Assembly: GCA_002254745.1 (NCBI GenBank)
Contig: NJED01000001.1
Location: 1 to 32,490, forward strand
Direction of reading: 5' to 3'
From: Desulfurococcales archaeon ex4484_217_1
GTDB lineage: Archaea > Thermoproteota > Thermoprotei_A > EX4484-217-1
Length of the DNA: 32,490 nt
Shown: positions 18,263 through 25,332 of the stretch, piece after piece
How the letters are laid out: each line of letters starts with the position of its first letter
How positions within the stretch are numbered: the first letter of the stretch is position 1
The notes under the pieces: generated by a model
Told to the model about the DNA's origin: nothing
The model's database searches: none
The model's input: the letters and a program-made list of their open reading frames with translations, nothing else
Translations under genes and position numbers: made by a program

Positions 18263-19396
18263 ATGAACAGACAAAGTTCTAGGAAAAGCGTGAAAGTACA
18301 CATAGACTTTACTAAATACCCTTTTTTAATTCAACCTACACAATATTTTAACATAAAGTATAATGTGAAGCTAGGTTTTATAGAGATCTTAAAAACCATG
18401 GACATTGAAAAGTTAAAGAGAAGAGTAAGAGAGAGAATTTTAGGTGCAATAAAAGGAAAAATACCTGATCCCTTCGGAGTATCTGATGATGAAGAAATTG
18501 CAGCATACTATTTAAGCATAATTGTACTATCCATTATCAATGATAAATGGCTTATCAGAAGGTATGCAGTAGCTGAAGCTGAAAGAATAAGGAAGTACTT
18601 GGTAAGCGAAAGTAATGATGTTTTGTCCGTAATAGCAAACACATTAGGAATATTGCTAGATAATATAGAGCAGAGACCTTTGAGAATTCCTTACTTTATC
18701 AGTAAGGGAATAATATATGATGTAAAATATGTATTTAGAGTTCACGTTAAAGATTATCTTAAGTCCATAAGGCTTCATAGCGACCTTTCTTGGAAACTAG
18801 TTAATCAAATAGTTTCAGAAGGATTTGTTTACTTAACCAGGGAGAAGGTTATTAGGTATTTGGTTGAAATCATAACTAATATTATAGAACGTCAAGTTAA
18901 GCCCTTAACTAAGGAAGAAGTACCTAGCTTAATTAAGGAAATCTTAAGTGACGTAGAAGTAGAAGTGCAGAAAATTAGGAAAGAGCACGCACAATATGCA
19001 CTCTATGCTAGTATGAGAGAGAAATTTGATGAACTCCGAAGTTTAGGAATTATAGTTTTTGAAGCTTTTCCCCCATGCATCAAAGCCCTATATCAAGATG
19101 CATTAGATGGTAAACATCTTTCACACCATGCTAGATTTGCTTTAGCCACTTTTCTCCTCAACATAGGATTAGATGTAAACTCTGTTGTTAACGTTTTTAG
19201 GAAACTGCCAGATTTTGATGAAACTATTGCCAAATACCAGGTTGAACACCTTGCAGGCTTAAGAGGTTCTAGGAAAAAATATAAACCCTACAATTGCGAT
19301 ACTATGAGAACACTTGGTCTATGTATCGAAGAATGTAATGTAAAGAACCCTTTAGTAAAGTATTATAGGAATGTGCTGAAAATTAAGCGAGCTTAA
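18263..19396 (+). CDS. priL: DNA primase large subunit PriL
   Basis: 377-aa ORF. FPPCIKAL, HHARFALATFLLNIG and the C-terminal Cys set (YNCDTMRTLGLCIEEC) match the Fe-S domain of the archaeo-eukaryotic primase large subunit. Confidence 0.85.
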   Translation: MNRQSSRKSVKVHIDFTKYPFLIQPTQYFNIKYNVKLGFIEILKTMDIEKLKRRVRERILGAIKGKIPDPFGVSDDEEIAAYYLSIIVLSIINDKWLIRRYAVAEAERIRKYLVSESNDVLSVIANTLGILLDNIEQRPLRIPYFISKGIIYDVKYVFRVHVKDYLKSIRLHSDLSWKLVNQIVSEGFVYLTREKVIRYLVEIITNIIERQVKPLTKEEVPSLIKEILSDVEVEVQKIRKEHAQYALYASMREKFDELRSLGIIVFEAFPPCIKALYQDALDGKHLSHHARFALATFLLNIGLDVNSVVNVFRKLPDFDETIAKYQVEHLAGLRGSRKKYKPYNCDTMRTLGLCIEECNVKNPLVKYYRNVLKIKRA

Positions 19397-19913
19397 AAAC
19401 TATTCTTTCGCAACCTGACATCCTATCGCCCTTTCTAACCCAAATGAAGAGTTTATTGTTGCTTACAAGGTCATAGTCTCCATCAACGTAAACTTCAAGT
19501 ATTTTGGTTCGTTCCGGGAAGAACCAATATACTTCATAGTCGTACTCTGCTACGGTCTTATCATAGTAGTCCTCAAAGATGTTAATGCCCCTCTTTAATG
19601 CTCCTTTAAACTTTATGAAATATACTATGTAAGGTAGATCAACGTACCCTATAAAGTCAATATTTATAAACTTAACGTCTAAGTTTACTTGCTGACCGTT
19701 TATGAGAACTTTCTCTTCTCTCAAGATTTCCTTAATAACAGAATATAGCCTGTTAATTTCATTATAATATTCACGGGGTTTATGGAGAAGCTTGTAAAAA
19801 TACTCTTCTGGGTCAAGATATTGATATTTCAATATTTGATTGAAAATACCGTTCCGTTCAACTATAAAGTAGGACTCGGCATGTATGGGTATAATACTAC
19901 TTAAATTGTTCAA
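19383..19913 (-). CDS. hypothetical protein (TTG start)
   Basis: 176-aa stop-free ORF in an AT-rich context, rich in Tyr, Phe and Asp. The only canonical start is TTG 19913, and there is no internal Met until about 12 residues from the C-terminus. Its 3' end overlaps priL by 14 nt. Confidence 0.5.
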   Translation of the reverse strand: MNNLSSIIPIHAESYFIVERNGIFNQILKYQYLDPEEYFYKLLHKPREYYNEINRLYSVIKEILREEKVLINGQQVNLDVKFINIDFIGYVDLPYIVYFIKFKGALKRGINIFEDYYDKTVAEYDYEVYWFFPERTKILEVYVDGDYDLVSNNKLFIWVRKGDRMSGCERIVFKLA

Positions 19914-20048
19914 GAAGAACCACCAAAGAGAGTGTTGATTGGGATGTATGATGCTGCCTAGGGGTGACCTCCGTGTTCATCCCTACCCTTGCGAGGTTAG
20001 ATCACACGGTTCTATTTCTAGAACAATAATACTGGGTTTTATTATATT

Positions 20049-21932
20049 TTACCTATTTTCCACCTTAGTTATTATGTTTCGTGTCTCCATGTTTTCCGGT
20101 ATTATTTTTACCCATATTGGTCTAGGATCTCCTGTAATTCTGATTAATGCTTCTCCTGTTTTTAACCATGTCATTCTCTCTTTCTCTTCCTCATTAAGTT
20201 TCATGTACTTAGCTACAGCTTCTATATAGTCTTTGCTGTTAGAGCCAAATACTATGATTGTACCAGCATTATCAAGTACGTCTTTCGGGAAATCAGTAAT
20301 ATCCTGTGATGCAAGGGCTACGGCTAAGCCGTATCCTCTACCTTCTTTTACTAAGCTTCTAACTATTTTCGAACTTGACTTAGTGTCAGTTAATCTCCAA
20401 GCTTCATCTATGAGAACTAAGTGCCTAAGCTTATTTGTTGGCGTCAATGTTAGCATGTAATTGGTAAGTATTTGCAAAATTGCTAATGCATATACTTTTC
20501 TATATTCTTCAGGTAGCTTGTATAGGGCAAAAATTACAGGTTTCTTCACTATGGAGAATACGTTGTTGTAGTTACTACCTAAAAATACTTTACTATTTAA
20601 TTGTTCTATTTTCGTAAGTAGTGTGTAAAATTTTAGCTCAAGTTCAGGATTTGAAGATTTTTCTTCTTTAATTATACTTATTAGAGTTTCCAAGTTGGGA
20701 TGTTGAGTGCGTTCATACGATTTAAGTATCGACATGTAGAGTATATATTCTTCAGCAGGTTCTAAGTCTGTTAATGCCTTAATAAGGTCTACTAATTGTT
20801 TAGCTCTAAGTCTTGGACTTGTAAACCATGGCAACATTAAATTAACTGGTGTTTTCTCAGGGTCTACTATTGAAACGCCTATAGTTTTACTTAGCCCAAT
20901 AAATTCTCCTCTCAAATCCAGAACCCATATAGGTACATCGTATTGCCCAATAACCCTCTTAGCTATTGTGTATAGTAATGTTGTTTTACCTCTACCTGTA
21001 GGTCCAACAATAACCATGTGCTTAGTTAAGTATTTTTCGAAGTCGTAAAATACTAGCGTTCCATAGTCTATATCTTCACCTATAAATATTCCCCCACCTG
21101 AAATCTTTGGTCTTTTAACATACCCTATGGGTGTTAGGAAACCCAAGTTGGATTCGAGCACGGTTATAGGTTTACTTTCACCTAGAAGACCATGTGTTAT
21201 AGCTTCTAATACTTCCTCTTCAGATGCTCTCTTCAACTCTAGTCCTAAACTCGCTTTAAAAGTCGATGATAATGTTTCACCTTTCCTTTTTAGCTTCTCG
21301 TAGAGTCTTCTAACATTTTTGTCTTGCGCTGTGGCTACTAAATACATTTTCACATTGACTGGCGTTTCTCCTCTACTTATTCTATTAAATAATGTTTCAA
21401 GTTTCTGCAGTTTTCTCTGGACATAGGGGTTAGCAGGATCCGCAGAAAGCAACACTTTATAGTTAGTTATGGTGCGCTCAAGATTTCTAATGTACTTCCT
21501 CACATCTCCGCTCTTTTTAATTAAAAGTAGAGAGGTATTATCTTCAGATGCAACTATAAAGTTAGTGAAAGCTCTTATTTGCTGCAGTAAGAAGCTTTGG
21601 GATACATCGGCAAACGTATATGGTATTTCGCTTACCGCATATACTACTGCTCCTTTGTATACATCTTTGCTGGGTATAATCGCTATGTTCTCTTCAACAT
21701 GAAAATCGTTTATGTCTTTAATATTCCTTCCTCTAAATCTAATGCTTAGCAGTCTCCCAAATTTCCCTTTACCTATCATCATTAAAGATGCGGCAATAAT
21801 TGTTGGGAGCACCAGTAAGACTAGGTAATATGGATATTCGAGAAAGCGAATACCAGAAATGTATATGAAAACAGTTAGGCCTACTGTTATAAGCACATAT
21901 GGTATTACTTTATTACTTTCCACTAATCTCAC
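20049..21932 (-). CDS. membrane-anchored VirB4/HerA-type ATPase (CedB-like / conjugative TrbE-like)
   Basis: 627-aa ORF with two N-terminal hydrophobic helices. Walker A VIVGPTGRGKTTLL, VLDLRGEF strand, Walker B LVLIDEAWRL, then ALASQD. GTG start overlaps the preceding small ORF by 20 nt. Confidence 0.7.
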   Translation of the reverse strand: MRLVESNKVIPYVLITVGLTVFIYISGIRFLEYPYYLVLLVLPTIIAASLMMIGKGKFGRLLSIRFRGRNIKDINDFHVEENIAIIPSKDVYKGAVVYAVSEIPYTFADVSQSFLLQQIRAFTNFIVASEDNTSLLLIKKSGDVRKYIRNLERTITNYKVLLSADPANPYVQRKLQKLETLFNRISRGETPVNVKMYLVATAQDKNVRRLYEKLKRKGETLSSTFKASLGLELKRASEEEVLEAITHGLLGESKPITVLESNLGFLTPIGYVKRPKISGGGIFIGEDIDYGTLVFYDFEKYLTKHMVIVGPTGRGKTTLLYTIAKRVIGQYDVPIWVLDLRGEFIGLSKTIGVSIVDPEKTPVNLMLPWFTSPRLRAKQLVDLIKALTDLEPAEEYILYMSILKSYERTQHPNLETLISIIKEEKSSNPELELKFYTLLTKIEQLNSKVFLGSNYNNVFSIVKKPVIFALYKLPEEYRKVYALAILQILTNYMLTLTPTNKLRHLVLIDEAWRLTDTKSSSKIVRSLVKEGRGYGLAVALASQDITDFPKDVLDNAGTIIVFGSNSKDYIEAVAKYMKLNEEEKERMTWLKTGEALIRITGDPRPIWVKIIPENMETRNIITKVENR

Positions 21933-22104
21933 CTCTTACTATGTTCCTGTAATAAGTTAAGATAGCTAATACGGGGAAAAATATTAGAATAGAGAGCAGT
22001 ATTGATAAGGATAAGTCTATTTGGTTTAAATGCGTGAGCACACTGTATACTACAAATATTATGGTAAGGATATACATTATTATCATAGTTTTAAAGGGTT
22101 CCAT
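21913..22104 (-). CDS. small two-helix membrane protein (CedA2-like position)
   Basis: 63-aa ORF with two hydrophobic helices. It is tightly packed between the 487-aa membrane protein gene and the ATPase gene. Confidence 0.5.
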   Translation of the reverse strand: MEPFKTMIIMYILTIIFVVYSVLTHLNQIDLSLSILLSILIFFPVLAILTYYRNIVRGEISGK

Positions 22105-22114
22105 AATATCACGC

Positions 22115-23578
22115 TCAAGTTTTTATAGGTAACCGCACTCTTCTACCACCAATAACGTATGCTAAAGAATAAGTTGACATTATGAGAATAGAAAGATAGG
22201 TTATTGGCAGCATTATCCATTCGAAAATAGCACTAGCTATGGTTCTACCTAAATCCTCTAAATTATTTATGTTTCCTGATAGAGATTCTAAGTAGCCCCT
22301 ACTGCTTATTTTTGGTTTCTTTATCTGCTGCTTAGGGTTAATGAATATTTTTATCTCATACAAGCCTTCCTCTATAGTGACGTTGTAAATGTAGAAGTTA
22401 ATTTGGCCCCACTTCCTCACCTCAGTAGGACTTTCTAACTGCACATTGTTAACCTTGATTTTGCTAACATTGTAGTCTTCATGTACAATTGTAGTCAATA
22501 TTGATGATTTACTTGCATTAAGCTTCAACGCTACCTCGTTCTCATTTTTACTAATTTTTAACAAGCTTATGGCTCCAGTATCGCTTAACTTAATGATGAA
22601 ATATTCATCTACGATAATAGTGTCTTTCATTCTCAGCTCGATAAAGTAGTCGGCGTTAGGGTCTTTGAAAGGATCATATATGAAGTCCCTTTGCGGATCT
22701 ATTATTTCTAATTCTGGAGATAGTTTTGTACCACAATAAACCACCTTTAGTTTTAACGGTATACTATATGGAAGGCCTCCACGCGGTCTACCGGCATCAA
22801 ACCAACCATTATCCAAGGTAATATATGATGCTGCAAAGACTTCTTCCCCCCCATGTCTCGCATACCATTTTGTAAGCGCTCCAACTATTGGATGTCCTTT
22901 TATATCAAGTATTTGTCCTTTAACAAAAGCTATTCCCCATTTTTCAATATTTATGCTGCCTATTCTCTCAATAACTTCACTGATGTTTTCCTCAGCACTT
23001 TCAACAACAAAGGCTTCAGCAAACGCAGGCAGTAACGGTAAGGCAAGAGAGAAAATTATCGACATGGCAATTAAAGATGCTCCCGCACCTCTTGTTACTC
23101 TGAAAGGTACGGAATATAGTAACACACCTATAACAAGTATTTTTGCGAAGAATTGTTGGAAAATGAGGCCTAGTATGAAGAGAAGCTCAAGAACAATTAG
23201 CGTATATGTTGCTAAACTTATTATAGGGCCAAGACCTGCCGTAGATAGTGCTTTCATGCCTGCACTAGACAGCATCGTAGAGAAGGTCATAAGAGTAGAA
23301 ATGAACGAACCCAAGATGGCAATTCTACCTGTAATCCATTCAAAATATAGTTGCCAATCTACATTCAATATAGAGCCAAGATAGTTCACCACTTCGATTA
23401 TGGAGGAAAACATAAAGATAAGAATAGATGCAGCAAGAGCGTCATAAATAAGCGTGGGAGCCCATTTCTTAATACCCCACCATGGTATAGGTAGAGCGTA
23501 AATAAGTACACCTAAGTAGTATGTAAGTATTGCCAACGAGTACGCTAGTATAAGAAACTGATCCATGATACTTCCCAT
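22115..23578 (-). CDS. polytopic membrane protein with large non-membrane domain (CedA/VirB6-like position)
   Basis: 487-aa ORF with about six N-terminal hydrophobic helices (residues ~10-200). A ~240-residue hydrophilic, beta-rich-looking region follows, then C-terminal hydrophobic helices. It starts 10 nt after the 81-aa ORF. Confidence 0.55.
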   Translation of the reverse strand: MGSIMDQFLILAYSLAILTYYLGVLIYALPIPWWGIKKWAPTLIYDALAASILIFMFSSIIEVVNYLGSILNVDWQLYFEWITGRIAILGSFISTLMTFSTMLSSAGMKALSTAGLGPIISLATYTLIVLELLFILGLIFQQFFAKILVIGVLLYSVPFRVTRGAGASLIAMSIIFSLALPLLPAFAEAFVVESAEENISEVIERIGSINIEKWGIAFVKGQILDIKGHPIVGALTKWYARHGGEEVFAASYITLDNGWFDAGRPRGGLPYSIPLKLKVVYCGTKLSPELEIIDPQRDFIYDPFKDPNADYFIELRMKDTIIVDEYFIIKLSDTGAISLLKISKNENEVALKLNASKSSILTTIVHEDYNVSKIKVNNVQLESPTEVRKWGQINFYIYNVTIEEGLYEIKIFINPKQQIKKPKISSRGYLESLSGNINNLEDLGRTIASAIFEWIMLPITYLSILIMSTYSLAYVIGGRRVRLPIKT

Positions 23579-23588
23579 GCTCGACTTT

Positions 23589-23834
23589 CTAAAATGCTGA
23601 AGCCAAGTATTTGATAAGTGCGAAAATACTAGTACCTATGGCTAGCCAAAAAGCTCCCATTATTGCGTCTTCAACCATGTCCTGGCCGAATCTTTTAACT
23701 CTATATATTGGGATAGGTGAGCCCTTCAATAACCAGCCTATAGCCCATGATAGCATGAATAAAGCCCAAGCTGCCGTAATGACTCTTGTAGTTAAATCGC
23801 TAATTATACTGTCTATACTCACTCTCTCACCCAT
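23589..23834 (-). CDS. small two-helix membrane protein (candidate CedA1/VirB2-like pilin)
   Basis: 81-aa ORF, the first gene of the operon. It has two hydrophobic helices (ITAAWALFMLSWAIGWLL and AIMGAFWLAIGTSIFALI) joined by a basic loop, KGSPIPIYRVKRFGQD. Confidence 0.5.
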   Translation of the reverse strand: MGERVSIDSIISDLTTRVITAAWALFMLSWAIGWLLKGSPIPIYRVKRFGQDMVEDAIMGAFWLAIGTSIFALIKYLASAF

Positions 23835-23953
23835 AAAAATATAGGGGGTTTTAAAAGAAACCTTGCGGGAACCTTAAAAACTACTGAAGAAACACTATAC
23901 CAAAAATACTTTTATATTATATACTACGGTATTACTTTTAGGTGATATTCTAA

Positions 23954-24166
23954 TTGTCGACCATATGGCTTGACGATACTGTTGTTGTAACTTTTAAGCT
24001 AAGGAGGGAAATCCTTGAAGAACTCGATGAACTTGTCAGGAAAGGCTACTTCTCAAGCAGAAGCGAAGCAATAAGGAAAGCTATAATAGAGCTATTAAAT
24101 CATTATAGTGAGGAAAGAAAAGGTACTGTAAAGAAAGCTCAATTGAAAGCTACTGCCTTAAGGTAA
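23954..24166 (+). CDS. ribbon-helix-helix (CopG/NikR-N type) DNA-binding protein
   Basis: 70-aa ORF. VVVTFKLRREILEELDELVRKGYFSSRSEAIRKAIIELL is a textbook RHH beta-alpha-alpha pattern. TTG start; divergent from the membrane/ATPase operon. Confidence 0.7.
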   Translation: MSTIWLDDTVVVTFKLRREILEELDELVRKGYFSSRSEAIRKAIIELLNHYSEERKGTVKKAQLKATALR

Positions 24167-24380
24167 TCAGTTTTCCTCGAAGTCCAACTCTTATACTTGA
24201 CAAAGTAGGTTTTCTAAGTTTCGAATTACATTTAGGGCAAACACCACCATACCAGTTCATTATCTCACTAGGTGTTGGCAGTCCATAGTAATCTTGCCCT
24301 ACTCTCTCAAACCGGTATAATATAAAGCCACAGTTTCTGCAAAGATAAATAACAGGCATAGATATCACCTTAGTGTACAA
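24150..24380 (-). CDS. small zinc-ribbon protein
   Basis: The CRNCG ... CPKCN pair forms a four-Cys ribbon. The probable start is the internal Met of MPVIYLCRNCG. Its 3' end overlaps the RHH gene by 17 nt. Confidence 0.5.
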   Translation of the reverse strand: MYTKVISMPVIYLCRNCGFILYRFERVGQDYYGLPTPSEIMNWYGGVCPKCNSKLRKPTLSSIRVGLRGKLITLRQ

Positions 24381-24388
24381 CAGTTTTC

Positions 24389-24511
24389 TGTGAAGCTAAA
24401 ATATATACCTCCTTTCCCTAAGTAATACCCATTAACATCTTTAATCATATATTGAAAAATTCAGAGCAAATATTCAATGTGAAGTTTAAACATATACTTC
24501 AGTAATACCTA
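24389..24511. repeat. imperfect direct repeat pair in a divergent intergenic region
   Basis: TGTGAAGCTAAAATATATAC (24389..24408) versus TGTGAAGTTTAAACATATAC (24478..24497), 17 of 20 identical. Each is followed by AGTAATACC, at 24421..24429 and 24501..24509. Confidence 0.4.
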
Positions 24512-24579
24512 TGATTAAATATAAATATGACTAAAAAGGAATTTAAACAAACCATATATTTATAAGTCTAAAACCTATA

Positions 24580-25332
24580 TTGTCAATACTTCGGCCTAGT
24601 ATGGTAAGGTGTGTATTAATGTTCTATGTGTCTGAAAAAGCTACTTTAGGCAACGTAATACTAGAAGGCTATGTAGTTATTTTAGGTGAATCTGTAATAG
24701 GGGAACATACTATATTGGGAAATAATGTTATTGTAGGTTATCCTGCGAGAAGAAAAATCATCAACGTATTAAAGAAACTGCCCAAAATGAAACCATTTAA
24801 CCTATATAATGAAATAAGTAAGGGATCAAGACTAGGTGAAAAATGTATAATCAGAGCAAACACCATAATATACGAGGAAACAGTACTAGGAGATAATGTG
24901 GAAACAGGTCATAACGTCCTTATAAGAGAACATGTAATTATAGGAAGCAATACGAAAATAGGTACTCAATCAGTAATCGACGGTTACGTAACCATAGGTA
25001 ATAATGTTAGCATACAGTCAAATGCCTATATACCACCTAAAACTACAATAGGAAATAATGTCTTTCTAGGGCCGAACGTGATCATAACTAACGACAAATA
25101 CCCTCCAAGTAGAAGACTATGCGGGGTGACTATAGAGGATAACGCAGTTATAGGCGCTAATGCTGTTCTTATTGCGGGAATAAAAATAGGCAGAAACTCC
25201 GTAGTAGCTGCTGGAGCAGTTGTTACAAAGAGTGTACCTGAAAACGTTGTCGTAGCAGGTGTTCCAGCAAAAATAATAGACACCAGAGAAAACTATGAGA
25301 GGAAAAAGAGAGAATATGAGAGGAAAAGTTAA
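24580..25332 (+). CDS. hexapeptide-repeat (left-handed beta-helix) acyl/acetyltransferase
   Basis: 250-aa ORF with many [LIV]-G-x-x-x-x hexapeptide turns (IGNNVSIQSNAYI, IGNNVFLGPNVII, IEDNAVIGANAVL, IGRNSVVAAGAVV). Start uncertain: TTG 24580, ATG 24601 or ATG 24619. Confidence 0.85.
   Translation: MSILRPSMVRCVLMFYVSEKATLGNVILEGYVVILGESVIGEHTILGNNVIVGYPARRKIINVLKKLPKMKPFNLYNEISKGSRLGEKCIIRANTIIYEETVLGDNVETGHNVLIREHVIIGSNTKIGTQSVIDGYVTIGNNVSIQSNAYIPPKTTIGNNVFLGPNVIITNDKYPPSRRLCGVTIEDNAVIGANAVLIAGIKIGRNSVVAAGAVVTKSVPENVVVAGVPAKIIDTRENYERKKREYERKS

Noticed and set aside
19939-20229. 96-aa plus-strand ORF spanning the GC-rich intergenic element and the 3' end of the ATPase gene
   Set aside because: It is mostly antisense to the ATPase coding region. 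The remainder coincides with the palindrome-rich non-coding element. It has no motifs.
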